Shown here: positions 40,506-51,760 of the stretch, piece by piece
Numbering within the stretch: the stretch's first letter is position 1
Layout of the letters: each line of letters opens with the position of its first letter
Assembly: GCA_963779615.1 (NCBI GenBank)
Contig: CAVZZA010000001.1
Coordinates: 32,001 to 96,000, forward strand
DNA from: an uncultured Nitrososphaeraceae archaeon
Lineage (GTDB): Archaea; Thermoproteota; Nitrososphaeria; Nitrososphaerales; Nitrososphaeraceae
DNA length: 64,000 bases
Direction: 5' to 3'
The notes under the pieces: model-generated
Databases searched by the model: none
What the model saw: only the letters and a program-made list of their open reading frames with translations
Told to the model about the DNA's origin: nothing
Program-made: the position numbers and the translations under genes

Positions 40506-41903
40506 TTACACCCCTTCTCCGTCTTGAGATTTAACATTTCTATATTTTGCAATAAACTCTGGTTTAATACGTTTTAGCTCAGATTCTGGAATTTCGCTTA
40601 ATAGGTCCCATCCAATGTTAAGAGTTTCTTCAATTGACCTATTTTCATCTATGCCTTGATTAACAAACTTTCGTTCAAAATTATTAGCAATTTTTAGGTA
40701 TTTTCTGTCTATATCGCTTAATGCCTCTTCGCCAACTATTGCCGACAATGACCTTGCGTCTTTACCTTGTGCATAAGTAGCGTATAGCTGATCAGCAAGG
40801 CTTCTGTGATCCTCCCTTGTTTGATTTTTTCCTATGCCTTGATTCATAAGACGAGACAGGCTGGTTAAAACGTCAACAGGGGGATGGATATTTAGTCTAT
40901 GTAAATCCCTGCTCATAACTATTTGGCCTTCTGTGATGTATCCTGTAAGATCTGGAATAGGGTGGGTGATATCATCTGCGGGCATTGCAAGAATAGGAAT
41001 TTGCGTCACAGAGCCTTTTCTTCCTTTTATTTTTCCAGCCCTTTCATAAATGGATGCCAAATCGGTATACATATAGCCAGGGTATCCCCGCCTTCCGGGA
41101 ACTTCTTCTCTGGCGGCTGCAATCTCTCTCAACGCTTCACAATAATTTGTCATATCAGTCATTATAACCAGAACATGCATCTCACGTTCATAAGCAAGGA
41201 ATTCTGCGGTGGTTAAAGCAAGTCTTGGGGTAAGTATACGCTCCATAGATGGATCGGATGACAGATTTAGAAAAAGAACACTTCTATCTAATGCCCCACT
41301 TTCCTCAAATTGTTTTACAAAGAAATTTGCTTCTTCGCTTGTAATGCCAATTGCAGCAAACACAACTGAAAAACTTTCAGACGTTCCAAGAACCCGGGCT
41401 TGCCTGGCAATTTGAGATGCAAGCAAATTGTGTGGTAAACCAGAGCCTGAAAATATCGGAAGCTTCTGGCCTCGCACTAGTGTATTCATTCCATCGATAT
41501 TAGACATTCCAGTCTGGATAAATTCAGATGGCTCTTCTCGAGAGTATGGATTGATTCCCGACCCTACCAAATCAAACTTTTGTTTTGATACAATTGTTGG
41601 TCCTTGATCTCTAGGCTTCCCTAATCCATCAAAAGTCCTACCAAGCATTTCATCAGATACTGACAATGTAGCAGTTTCTCCCATGAATTTTGTTAAAGTT
41701 CCAGTCGTGCCAAGTCCAATTGTTGATCCAAATACTTGCACTATTGCTAAACCCTCTCGGGAGTCAAGTACCTGTCCCTGACGTATTTCGTCATTAGCAA
41801 GTTTTATTTCAACCATCTCCCCATAGGCAGCATTCTTTATACCTTCAACAAATATCAACGGGCCTGCTATCTTTGAAAGTGTTTTAAATGATACTTTAGA
41901 CAT
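40506..41903 (-). CDS. atpB: V/A-type ATPase subunit B
   Basis: '[16 protein letters not shown]', '[14 protein letters not shown]', '[14 protein letters not shown]'. Confidence 0.98.
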   Translation of the reverse strand: MSKVSFKTLSKIAGPLIFVEGIKNAAYGEMVEIKLANDEIRQGQVLDSREGLAIVQVFGSTIGLGTTGTLTKFMGETATLSVSDEMLGRTFDGLGKPRDQGPTIVSKQKFDLVGSGINPYSREEPSEFIQTGMSNIDGMNTLVRGQKLPIFSGSGLPHNLLASQIARQARVLGTSESFSVVFAAIGITSEEANFFVKQFEESGALDRSVLFLNLSSDPSMERILTPRLALTTAEFLAYEREMHVLVIMTDMTNYCEALREIAAAREEVPGRRGYPGYMYTDLASIYERAGKIKGRKGSVTQIPILAMPADDITHPIPDLTGYITEGQIVMSRDLHRLNIHPPVDVLTSLSRLMNQGIGKNQTREDHRSLADQLYATYAQGKDARSLSAIVGEEALSDIDRKYLKIANNFERKFVNQGIDENRSIEETLNIGWDLLSEIPESELKRIKPEFIAKYRNVKSQDGEGV

Positions 41904-41905
41904 TG

Positions 41906-43696
41906 TTAACCACTTGCCTCCACTACCAACTTATCAAACTGTTTAGCCATATTTACCTTGATTTCTTTAACCAACTGTTCAACCTGTTCTTCCTTTGTCC
42001 ATTTTATCTTGGATATAAGTTTCCTTGCTTCCAAATCTCCTATCTTGGAAGACATAACTCCTTGTTTTATTGCGTCAGATTCCTTTTTACCAAATTCTAA
42101 AATGGTTGCCAGCATCATATACTGTTTTTTTATGGAAGAGTACGTATCAACTTCATCATATGCACTCTGCTGCAAATAGTCCTCTCTAATTGAGCGAGCA
42201 GTGTCCAGAACACCCTTTTCCGGTTCGGGCAATGCATCGTAACCTATCAATTGGACGATCTCTTGTAATTCAGACTCCCTCTGCAATATCTCTAGGGCTT
42301 CCTGCCTGAGAGAAGTCCAATCAGAGGACACGTTATCCCTGTACCAGTCAGACATGTCGTCTGCATATAGCGAATAACTTGTTAACCAGTTAATAGATGG
42401 AAAATGCCTCCTTGACGCCAAATTGGCGTCAAGTGCCCAGAAAACTCTTGTCACCCTTAACGTATTCTGTGAGACAGGTTCTGAAAAATCCCCTCCCGGT
42501 GGTGAGACCGCACCAACCAAAGTTAGCGATCCTATTCGCTCTTGAGGGGACATCACAACTGCCTTGCCACCCCTTTCATAAAATTCTGCCAGTCGCCTAC
42601 CAAGGTATGCAGGATATCCTTCCTCTCCAGGCATTTCTTCCAATCTACCAGAAATTTCTCTCAGAGCCTCGGCCCATCGAGAAGTGCTGTCAGCCATTAG
42701 AGCCACATCGTATCCCATGTCTCTATAATATTCACCCATAGTAATGCCAGTATAGATACTTGCCTCACGTGCAGCTACTGGCATATTAGAAGTATTGGCA
42801 ACAAGTATTGTGCGTTCCATCAAAGGTCGTTTTGATTTAGGATCTTCTAATTCAGGAAAAGTTGTGAGGATTTCTGTCATTTCATTTCCTCTTTCGCCAC
42901 ATCCAATGTAAACTATGACATTACTGTCTGCCCATTTTGCGAGTTGTTGCTGAGTTACTGTTTTTCCACTTCCAAAAGGACCAGGTATGGCAGCAGTACC
43001 GCCTTTTGCAACAGGGAAGAATGTATCAAGAACACGTTGTCCGGTAAGCAAAGGAGACTCAGGAGGAAGTTTACGGAGAACCGGTCGAGGAACTCTCACA
43101 CTCCACCAGGTTGATAAACCAATATCCACCACAGTGTTATTTGTTTTCACTTTGGCAACATTTTCATTTACCGTGTACTTTCCTTCTTTTATTTCGGAAA
43201 GTTGACCGTTAACCCCATATGGAATCATTATTTTGTGACTTATTAACGGAGTTTCTTGAACCTCACCAATAATTTCACCCTGAGAAACACTATCCCCATT
43301 TTTCTTTGTAGGAATGAACTCCCATTTCTTCTCCTGATCCAATGCAGGAATAAAAATGCCCCTACTAATAAAATCACCACTCTTATCCCTCAATATGGGA
43401 AGTGGACGCTGTATTCCATCATAAATAGACGTAAGTAATCCAGGTCCAAGTTGTATTGAGAGGGGTTTCTTTGTGTTGACAACTTTCTCACCAGGTCGTA
43501 GGCCTGTCGTATCTTCATATACCTGTATAGTAGCTTTATCCCCCTCAAGACGAATAATCTCTCCAAGTAAACCTAATTCCCCAATACGGACTACATCAAA
43601 CATCTGTGCATCTTCAATACCTGTTGCTACAACAACCGACCCCGAAATTCGTGAAATAATTGCGCTTGACATGCTACTTTTCATCCCATTCATCAA
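41906..43696 (-). CDS. atpA: V/A-type ATPase subunit A
   Basis: [29 protein letters not shown]; no intein. Confidence 0.98.
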   Translation of the reverse strand: MMNGMKSSMSSAIISRISGSVVVATGIEDAQMFDVVRIGELGLLGEIIRLEGDKATIQVYEDTTGLRPGEKVVNTKKPLSIQLGPGLLTSIYDGIQRPLPILRDKSGDFISRGIFIPALDQEKKWEFIPTKKNGDSVSQGEIIGEVQETPLISHKIMIPYGVNGQLSEIKEGKYTVNENVAKVKTNNTVVDIGLSTWWSVRVPRPVLRKLPPESPLLTGQRVLDTFFPVAKGGTAAIPGPFGSGKTVTQQQLAKWADSNVIVYIGCGERGNEMTEILTTFPELEDPKSKRPLMERTILVANTSNMPVAAREASIYTGITMGEYYRDMGYDVALMADSTSRWAEALREISGRLEEMPGEEGYPAYLGRRLAEFYERGGKAVVMSPQERIGSLTLVGAVSPPGGDFSEPVSQNTLRVTRVFWALDANLASRRHFPSINWLTSYSLYADDMSDWYRDNVSSDWTSLRQEALEILQRESELQEIVQLIGYDALPEPEKGVLDTARSIREDYLQQSAYDEVDTYSSIKKQYMMLATILEFGKKESDAIKQGVMSSKIGDLEARKLISKIKWTKEEQVEQLVKEIKVNMAKQFDKLVVEASG

Positions 43697-43699
43697 TCC

Positions 43700-44041
43700 T
43701 TATTTAATACTTATCCCAAGTACTCGTCTTGCTAATGAAGATATTGATTCCTCACGTATATCCCCCTTTAATGAAGGCATGAATAAAACCAATGGGTGTA
43801 ATGATGCTTCAACTTTTGACCTAAATAACTTTGGAAGTGAGTCAAGAACAAATTGACTTGCAATAATCATTGCATACTTGTGAGAAGAAAAAACCTTCTC
43901 CATTGTTTTGAATGACTCATCACCCTCTCTATTAATTTGAAAAGTTTCACTGATCCCTAAAAGTCGATAGCCTATAACAAGCTCGCGGTCACCGACTACG
44001 GCGATCAATCCATTTGATTCTGATTTTTGTTTGGTTGACAT
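43700..44041 (-). CDS. atpF: V/A-type ATPase subunit F
   Basis: 'IAVVGD..LV.GYRL.GI', 'RRVLGISI'. Confidence 0.92.
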   Translation of the reverse strand: MSTKQKSESNGLIAVVGDRELVIGYRLLGISETFQINREGDESFKTMEKVFSSHKYAMIIASQFVLDSLPKLFRSKVEASLHPLVLFMPSLKGDIREESISSLARRVLGISIK

Positions 44042-44054
44042 TTCTATTCCTCAT

Positions 44055-45122
44055 TCACTCAAAAAGCAGCATTGAATTTATGCGCTCCATTGAAATACCG
44101 TAACGTTTCCCATAGGCAATTCTCTTAATGTTATCCCACTCAAACTCTGCAACAATGATAAAGTGAAATATGTATCCAATCGAAAGTGATACATTTTTTA
44201 ATCTTTGTACATACTTTGTGCTTATGAATTTATCCATAGCGACTTCAAAATCAATAAGACTATTAGTTTTTCTATAGGTTTCTAACAAATCACCTAAAAT
44301 AAGGTGTTCTTCTATTCTGTTTACAAATTCTTCAATATTCTTTGATCCAAACATTTCAAGCAATTCATTTAAAGCAATATGACCTCCTTCTATTAGGTGT
44401 CTACCAACCAATTCCCTATCCAAGTTAGAATCCTTGCCTTTCAATAGGCTTAAAATATTCTTTTTATCTATCTGCATTCTAATTAAATCTCGAATAACTC
44501 CTTCATCACCTTGAAAAAACTTTAGTGATTCAATCAAATTGGTGTAATAATATGCCATGAGGTCCATCATCATAGGACTAAGGTCTCCTGTTTTTTGAAA
44601 AGCATCAAAGTGTTGCATAATAATCGCTCCATACTTAAATTTTACAAGGTAGTTTACCACACCTTCTAAGCTTGGTTGTGATAAAATAATTTTCATTTCG
44701 TCATGCGAAATATTTCCGGCAGATATTCCCGCGGGGAAATTTCTGCTAGACACCAAAAAAGGCTCTGTTTCGGTAATAGTGCGTCCAATAAACTTTGAAG
44801 ACAATATTAGTTCAATATTATGGATATCCCATTTTAACAGATAGGCTCTGATGGCCTCCTTCCCGCTAAATGGTACAGTCTCCAAAACAATTTTGTTGAT
44901 TTCGACAAGATGCCTGTTCAGAGCAATTTCTAAAAGCTCAGGAAGAGGATAAAGAGCCGAAGCTCTTTCGATCTCAGGACCATACCAAGTGGGTTCCAGT
45001 GTCCTAGTCATTTCAGCAACACTTTCAGATTTAACCAGGTTTTGAATAGTATCTTTGGAAATAAAGTTTGCAGATAGGGATTGTAATCGTCCATATGAAG
45101 ACGCATATGAAGACGTAGGCAT
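44055..45122 (-). CDS. atpC: V/A-type ATPase subunit C (d)
   Basis: 'Y.SSYGRL', 'WDI.NI', 'ID..NI', 'E.EWDNIKRI..GK'. Confidence 0.92.
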   Translation of the reverse strand: MPTSSYASSYGRLQSLSANFISKDTIQNLVKSESVAEMTRTLEPTWYGPEIERASALYPLPELLEIALNRHLVEINKIVLETVPFSGKEAIRAYLLKWDIHNIELILSSKFIGRTITETEPFLVSSRNFPAGISAGNISHDEMKIILSQPSLEGVVNYLVKFKYGAIIMQHFDAFQKTGDLSPMMMDLMAYYYTNLIESLKFFQGDEGVIRDLIRMQIDKKNILSLLKGKDSNLDRELVGRHLIEGGHIALNELLEMFGSKNIEEFVNRIEEHLILGDLLETYRKTNSLIDFEVAMDKFISTKYVQRLKNVSLSIGYIFHFIIVAEFEWDNIKRIAYGKRYGISMERINSMLLFE

Positions 45123-45688
45123 TATTTTCTCGCCATCCTTTCTAGAAGATAACTTTTTACATCCTCTTCTTTTGTTCGCAGTATCTCTTCAAATGTTAGA
45201 TCGAGTTCCCTCTTACCGTCCTTATCTTCAGCTATAATTCCTCCTAATGCACCAATTGAAGAGCCAATTGGGATGTTCATGTCCTTGAAAATAGGTTTGT
45301 CATCATCACGGCAGTGTATTATAATTTGAGGCCCTAAATTATTTTTTGCAAAACTAATCATCTTTTCTGTTAACTTTTTATATTCAGGCTTTTGTACATA
45401 ATTTTTCATTTCATTTTTTATCACACCAAAGGTAGAATCCATGTTTGCATTAATCGCTTCAAAGAGAATCTTTTTTGCCTTTAATTTAGCTGCTTCAACT
45501 ATCTTTGCGGCTTCTTTGCTAGATTTTACTTTTGATTCCTCAAGATATTGCTCTTGCAACCGTTTCACAGTAGTTTCCTTAGTTCTTTTAATTTCTGCTT
45601 TTTTTTCAGCCAATGTCCTTTCTAAAAGGTTTATTTCGTCTTCCTTTCTTTTTTCAATCTCTTGAATAAAGGTATCTAGGCTTGCCAT
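45122..45688 (-). CDS. atpE: V/A-type ATPase subunit E
   Basis: Coiled-coil N-terminus; 'LGGII....G...DLTFE'. Confidence 0.9.
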   Translation of the reverse strand: MASLDTFIQEIEKRKEDEINLLERTLAEKKAEIKRTKETTVKRLQEQYLEESKVKSSKEAAKIVEAAKLKAKKILFEAINANMDSTFGVIKNEMKNYVQKPEYKKLTEKMISFAKNNLGPQIIIHCRDDDKPIFKDMNIPIGSSIGALGGIIAEDKDGKRELDLTFEEILRTKEEDVKSYLLERMARK

Positions 45689-45703
45689 ATTTCCAGTCGC
45701 CGA

Positions 45704-46048
45704 TTACAATATACCTAACAATAGTATTATTCCCAGTACAAAGCCAATAATCCAAAGAGTTTCAGGGATGACAAAGAAAAACAAAACTTGGCCAAACTTT
45801 TCAGGTTTCTCTGCAATTATTCCCATACCAGCAGCACCAATTCCCTGCTGTGCATTTCCTGTACCAATTAGACCCCCTGCAATTGCAATTGCGGCAGCTA
45901 TTGCCAACAAGGGCTTTGTGAGTCCACTGTCAGATGTAGCAGCGGATTCTTGTGCGAACGCCTCTGTAAAGAACAATGCAAAAACAGCCAACGCCATTCC
46001 AGCACCCATTGTGATAACAAACAATTTTGAACGATTATAGTATATCAT
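45704..46048 (-). CDS. atpK: V/A-type ATPase subunit K (c, proteolipid) with N-terminal signal-like extension
   Basis: 'IGAAGMG.IAEKPE.FG', essential Glu in IPET; leader ending AFA-QES. Confidence 0.92.
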   Translation of the reverse strand: MIYYNRSKLFVITMGAGMALAVFALFFTEAFAQESAATSDSGLTKPLLAIAAAIAIAGGLIGTGNAQQGIGAAGMGIIAEKPEKFGQVLFFFVIPETLWIIGFVLGIILLLGIL

Positions 46049-46072
46049 TTAGATAAAAAGTATAATTATGGC

Positions 46073-46090
46073 ATATAATAAGAGTTTTTC
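46073..46090 (-). promoter_or_regulatory. probable BRE/TATA promoter of the ATPase operon
   Basis: Minus strand GAAAAA-CTC-TTATTATAT about 25 bp upstream of the atpK ATG. Confidence 0.5.
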
Positions 46091-46815
46091 CTCATATTAA
46101 TTATTATAATGAAATTTATTCAAATTCTACGGATGGTCAACAGTTTTGAAGATATATATTTTTAACGATAAAAGGAAACAAAAATGATAAAAAAACACTA
46201 TAATATTTTTTATCATTCTGACACATCATAGGAACGCTAATATTATTTCAGAGTAGAGAAAGGAAAAACTATCTTACATGATAGGTTAATGCGTTGAAAT
46301 ATTATTGGAAAATTCTGAAATAAATTCCGTATGTTTTATTTTTTGGCAACAGAAATTTGTTGAAATAAATAATCTTCAAACAATAAAGGTGAAACATAAA
46401 AACTCACCCCATAACAAATGGCATTATTTCCTATAAACAATCATAGGAACAGATATTTCAATTTAAAATTAAGAGGTTCGAAAAAAATTGAAATATGATT
46501 ACGATAGCATAATCCTGAACGGAAAAATAAATCTATCACTTGTCTTGATGTAACTTTGAGCTAACCATAATGTAAAACAAAAATAAAGTCCAATACTAAC
46601 CATTTATAAATCAAAACAGAACTGCTTTGTTATACAACATATTTTTGTTTTTAAACCTCATTGTTTTGCGTCCTATTTGAATCCAAATTTCGGATTTTAA
46701 TGACACTTTTATTTTGTTTTTCCTAAATATAGAACTTTTACCTTTTCATTTTTAATATTATCACAATAAAAAATACAGCAAATAGCGGAATTAAGAAAGG
46801 TAAGAATTATAAAAA

Positions 46816-47226
46816 TCACAAAAGAGAATTTGTAGAAATTCCAATTGAAAATCCGTCTACAGAGGACAGTTTTCCTCTCCAAACTATTGCTTGAGTTAAA
46901 ATATTTGAATTAACATTTCTAAAGGTTACATGTTCTAAATGTATGTATTTTAAGTTTTGTGGATCTGCCTGTTTTTTTAACTCGTTTATGAAAATAACAT
47001 ATTCAGAATAATATCCGTTCCATTTGTCTAATTCGTCCTGATTTTTTGCAGTTAATTGGCCACTATCAAAATCATACATCTCTATCATTTTGTCATAATA
47101 TATTTTTGATTTAACCAAATTTCCAGTAATAATCGAACCATTAAAACACAATGTAATTCCAGCACCTATTCCTGTTTCTTCAACTTTCCTTAATAAAAAT
47201 TCAAGAAGCTCATCGCTATCGTTCAT
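46816..47226 (-). CDS. GvpU-like protein
   Basis: 'GITL..NG.IITG.L', 'YIHL', 'WRGKLSSVDGFS.G'. Confidence 0.7.
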   Translation of the reverse strand: MNDSDELLEFLLRKVEETGIGAGITLCFNGSIITGNLVKSKIYYDKMIEMYDFDSGQLTAKNQDELDKWNGYYSEYVIFINELKKQADPQNLKYIHLEHVTFRNVNSNILTQAIVWRGKLSSVDGFSIGISTNSLL

Positions 47227-47407
47227 AATTTCTTATAATTTTGTAGAATATTTAAATGGGAATCTACACCATCTTCCTTGTTACGCTCCATTTTTTTATT
47301 TGATCCCAATTCAATGCACAAAAAACAAAATAGATTGTTTTATAATCAACGTTCGAAAAAGGAAAAATAAAATAACATCTACAACCTACCATAAAGTGAC
47401 AAATAAA

Positions 47408-47512
47408 ATGAGTGATCCGAATCCGCCACCTCAACCAAACCCAGGAGACCCTGTACCTCAACCAGATCCAAATAATCCCGAGCCTATGCCAGTGGAAAGT
47501 CGAAAAACATAA
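47408..47512 (+). CDS. Pro-rich 34-aa peptide
   Basis: MSDPNPPPQPNPGDPVPQPDPNNPEPMPVESRKT; a local GC rise matches the ORF. Confidence 0.45.
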   Translation: MSDPNPPPQPNPGDPVPQPDPNNPEPMPVESRKT

Positions 47513-47912
47513 AAAAACTTTCACATTATAAAATTACATTTTTTTTGTTAAAAATTGCTAAAACTACTTTTTATCACAGATAATAGAGATTGGTGCAAGG
47601 AGTGGTTTTAATGTGTTTTATTGTGTTATGCTTTATCACAGAATTAGCATTTCAAGAAGAGCGCCATCATAACAATTATTACCATAGTTCAAACTAAAGA
47701 TTCAAATCCGCTTACAATTACCAAAAATTTTATTTATCAGATAACTAAAAACATACAGATACACTTTCAAGCATTGTTTTTAAAACATTAACTTAAACTC
47801 CTAGCCAATCAAAGTTTTAAGTTGTTATTGATAGAATCACATAGTTTATCATTATCATATTTTTTTAGTCACATGCTGAGAGTAGTTATCTAAATCCCTT
47901 TATTTTTGTAAA

Positions 47913-48224
47913 TTAACTGATTCTATTTCGTTGATATTTTTTTAGATAATCGATTTTGCTTTCCAAATGTTCTATTATATGCGCCCGTGATTGGCAACAT
48001 TCAATAATTTTTATCCATTGATCATGTCTAAGTTTTATTTTGATTGATTTTTTATTAAGTAACGACGAAGATAAACATATTGCATCTTTGGAATTTTCCA
48101 AATTTTTATATATATTTTTTATTTTATTGTTATTTGTTTTTTCTATAGCATCATACAAATTCTCCATTATTTGATTTATATCTATATTTGTTAATTCGAT
48201 TTCAAAAAATGCTATTTGTCCCAT
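47913..48224 (-). CDS. hypothetical protein
   Basis: 103-aa ATG ORF preceded by a GGTGA Shine-Dalgarno-like sequence. Confidence 0.5.
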   Translation of the reverse strand: MGQIAFFEIELTNIDINQIMENLYDAIEKTNNNKIKNIYKNLENSKDAICLSSSLLNKKSIKIKLRHDQWIKIIECCQSRAHIIEHLESKIDYLKKYQRNRIS

Positions 48225-48547
48225 TAAAAGTCACCCAACCCAATATTTTTTTACGGTAATAATGAATTTTTTTTCCAATGCAAATATTTTTCTTTGGTGC
48301 CTTTTTATTATTGCCACACCATGTATTACAGATCTTAATTATATGAGATAGTAAAAAGTTGAAGTGTATTTTATAACACATTATTGTTATACAATAATGT
48401 CATAATATTTTCATTCTAATTCCTTTGAATATCTCCTTTCCATATAACAATGCAAACATAAATAAATAAATCAAAAGGTTTTTTGTCCATATTTGTTTTA
48501 CTCCTATTTAAAAGTAAATAAATTCTATTTATTCCTCTTTTTATTAC

Positions 48548-48757
48548 AATGTACATTTATCCTGCAGTCGGTTATACAATCATGCACACCAAATACATTT
48601 AGAATTCCCACTATCTTTTGATATATCCAACTTTACCCGCATCGAAAACCATGATATACACCATCAACACAACCACGCATTTCTTTAGGGTTAGTGGTCC
48701 ATCCTCATCCACACAAATCAATATAGAAAGAGGAAGAGGAAGAGTCAGACTAGCAAG
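48548..48757 (-). pseudogene. IS630 transposase relic
   Basis: Minus strand encodes SILICVDEDGPLTLK and GILNVFGVHDCITD, matching SILLYEDEKGPIVAK and GILNVFGVYDHTNN in the intact copy. Confidence 0.7.
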
Positions 48758-48939
48758 CAAAGGTTTGTTCTCCTAACCACAGTAAAAAAATAAGCTAAAG
48801 GTATTGTGATAACAAGATATACACAATTGACTTTCAGGAAAATGCAACACAACAATCAGAGAACGGTTAACCAAAACAACAATAACGAATTATAAAAAAA
48901 TACAAATTCTATTAAGGTTGATATTTTATTAACAACTCA

Positions 48940-49548
48940 ATGTCTGACGAAAAGGTAATTACTAATCCAGCAAATACGGTTTTTCCGATAAATGAATTAA
49001 TTAAAAAGAGATGGAGTGCCAGAGCATTCTCCACAAAATCCGTTGAAAAAGTAAAATTACTTTCTGTACTGGAGGCAGCAAGGTGGGCACCCTCATCAAA
49101 TAATGAACAACCATGGCGATACATTGTGTTTACAAATGAATATCCGGAGAAATTAGAGAAAGCTCAAGAGGTTTTGCTCGAGTTTAACTCTTATGCAAAA
49201 AGAGCACCAATATTAATATGCGCCATAACAAAAAAAACCTATTCGGACAAAAGAACACATAACAGGCTGTATTTTCATGATTTAGGAGCTGCGAATGAAA
49301 ACATGTTTTTAGAAGCCTTTAATCAGGGGTTAATTATGCATGAAATGGGGGGTTTTGATGTTAGTAAAGCCAGACATATATTTAATATTCCAGAGGATTA
49401 CGAGGTCGGAATAATGATAGCAATCGGGTATCAAGATAATCATAAAGTACTTCCAGAAAAATTAAAAGAAAAAGCATCTTTGCCAAGACAACGAAAGCCC
49501 TTATCAGAAATTGCATTCCTTGAAGAACTCGATAATCCTATAAAATAG
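48940..49548 (+). CDS. nitroreductase family protein
   Basis: 'RWSARAF', 'AARWAPSS.NEQPWR', 'DLGAA', 'HEMGGFD'. Confidence 0.92.
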   Translation: MSDEKVITNPANTVFPINELIKKRWSARAFSTKSVEKVKLLSVLEAARWAPSSNNEQPWRYIVFTNEYPEKLEKAQEVLLEFNSYAKRAPILICAITKKTYSDKRTHNRLYFHDLGAANENMFLEAFNQGLIMHEMGGFDVSKARHIFNIPEDYEVGIMIAIGYQDNHKVLPEKLKEKASLPRQRKPLSEIAFLEELDNPIK

Positions 49549-50349
49549 CCTATACCTTAAATGATCATTCAAAAGCATTGTCATTTTTATCCAATACAAA
49601 TTCATTAAAAATAATAGCGTTTACCAATAGTCAAATCTTATAATAACAATGTTCCTCGTGTTTTTTGAATTTTTTCCCCTTTTTTTGTCTACTCCTAGGT
49701 GCGATAATATTAAAAAATAACAGATGCACTAATCAAATGTAAAGATAAGTTACGAATTTATGCAATTAATCATTTCGAATTCCTGAAAAGGAAGTATGAA
49801 GATGATTTAGATGTATATATACTCGTGTCATCTCGATAAAATATTTTATAAGAGTATCCATCGGGTTTAGAATAGTATTATGATCAATACATTTAATTAT
49901 AAATTTTTATCTCAAAAATCCTAATTCTTTTCAACTTTTGTATTCTATCCCATATCATATCTACATATCGCACAAACTAATACCGGAGAATTTTTGCAGT
50001 AATTGATTTTGCTATCAAACTAGAAACTAACAATTTGTATCAAGGATTCATTAGATTGACCACTCAACACAAAAAAGGTGAAGGGACTTGATTAACTATG
50101 CAAGTAGATGCCATAAATAACCACAATCCGTTAAAACCATACTCATAAAGTTGGAGTATAAGGATTATCAAGAGGTCGCAGCAGTTATCTAATTCAGAAC
50201 AAGTACACCAAAAATAAAAGAACAATGAAACCCATTCTTATAATATACTCTTCTTATTGTATATCACCATAAATAATTTTTGTGTTTTTTTTGTATTAAC
50301 CATTAAATTCTTAATCGAAAGTAAACACATAAAATAAATAAATATTCTC

Positions 50350-50625
50350 TTAATAATTTATTTTAGTTTTCTTTTCAAAATCTTTTGTTAAATCCGATAC
50401 ATCAGATATATCTCGACCATGCATTCGATGAACCATTTTTTCAAATGATCCTTGATTGTTTTGGCCATCCATTATATTTTCAGTTCGTTTTTTAATCGAT
50501 TGAAATATGTCATTATTCAATTGCTCCATTTCAGTCGGAGTGACACTTGGAACCTGATTAATGAATCCAAACTTTTCATGTGGAAGCAAATTTAACCTTT
50601 TGACATTGTGATTAATAAAATCCAT
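50350..50625 (-). CDS. hypothetical protein
   Basis: 91-aa ATG ORF; no motif recognised. Confidence 0.5.
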   Translation of the reverse strand: MDFINHNVKRLNLLPHEKFGFINQVPSVTPTEMEQLNNDIFQSIKKRTENIMDGQNNQGSFEKMVHRMHGRDISDVSDLTKDFEKKTKINY

Positions 50626-50806
50626 TACAATTGTTTTGTCGTCAGGTAATAAAAATTTTCTTTTTAAATTGGTTAATTAAAAATGTTAAAAGAATTTGAA
50701 TTAAATGACACATAAAATGAGGTAATTAAAGTAATAATAATGATCAAAAAAACATACAATAGATAAAAGAATCAAAGGATAAATTGTTTTGAGTTCTAAT
50801 TAGCTT

Positions 50807-51760
50807 GTGGATCCAAAGGGCTACTATTCTATCCTCAGAGTTACTGAAAATGCTACAGACGATCAAATAAAATCAGCCTATAGAGCTACGGCCATGAAAT
50901 ACCATCCTGATAAAAATAAATCCCCTCTAGCGGATGATACGATGAAAAAAATCAATGAGGCCTATGGAATTCTTTCCGATAAACAAAAGAGACAAGAGTA
51001 TGATAAGGGTAAAAATATAGGCAATAATTTTAGATCCACACCTTATAATGCACATAATAAACGATCATCAAATAATACCAACAGATCAACAAAAAAAACA
51101 TACGATCATAATTACGAGTATAATTCTGACAATGCGTACAATAGAAACAGATATGATTATTCTAAGAACAAGGTAAGTGTATGGTGGCAAATGTTTTATG
51201 CCATCATACCATTTGTAAATTTACTGGCTTTTTATAGAATACAGCGACTAGCAATGGCCATAACATCAACTTTTCCTTTATTTATTGGAATAATAGTACT
51301 ATTAACATTATCACCAAGTTTTTCATACTTTCCTTTTAGGTTAGAGGATAGGTTTAATCTGTTTCTAATATTGTTTGATAGTGTACTTGTATTTTTCATA
51401 AGAAGGTGGAGCAAACAATGGAATGACCAAATCAATAGAGACGAATCTCCCGAAGGAGACAAAATAGATAAAAAAGTTAATGTAATCTGGCAATTAGTTT
51501 TCTCAACAATACCATTCATTAATTTTACTGCATTCGCAAGAATTCATCATTTTGGGAAATCGGTGGTTATAGGCATCATCACTTACATTGGAATGGCGGT
51601 TATTTCATCCCTCATAATGAATAATAATTCTACTTTATCTTTTTATTCAGTGTATTTTGGACTAACATCTACTGTTTTTATATTTTTCATGTTCCGCTGG
51701 ACAAATAGATACAATTCAGGTAAATGGAACAGGGGTAACGATAACTGGATGAATTTATAA
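50807..51760 (+). CDS. J-domain (DnaJ) membrane protein with a duplicated TM module
   Basis: 'YY.IL.V', KYHPDK, 'INEAY..LSD..KR..YD'; two homologous 3-TM units. Confidence 0.85.
   Translation: MDPKGYYSILRVTENATDDQIKSAYRATAMKYHPDKNKSPLADDTMKKINEAYGILSDKQKRQEYDKGKNIGNNFRSTPYNAHNKRSSNNTNRSTKKTYDHNYEYNSDNAYNRNRYDYSKNKVSVWWQMFYAIIPFVNLLAFYRIQRLAMAITSTFPLFIGIIVLLTLSPSFSYFPFRLEDRFNLFLILFDSVLVFFIRRWSKQWNDQINRDESPEGDKIDKKVNVIWQLVFSTIPFINFTAFARIHHFGKSVVIGIITYIGMAVISSLIMNNNSTLSFYSVYFGLTSTVFIFFMFRWTNRYNSGKWNRGNDNWMNL

Noticed and set aside
41906-43696. Intein in AtpA, as in some Thermoplasmatales
   Set aside because: Normal length, and the sequence is continuous after GSGKT.
38027-46040. Plus-strand ORFs within the ATPase operon
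   Set aside because: Antisense shadows of well-conserved genes.
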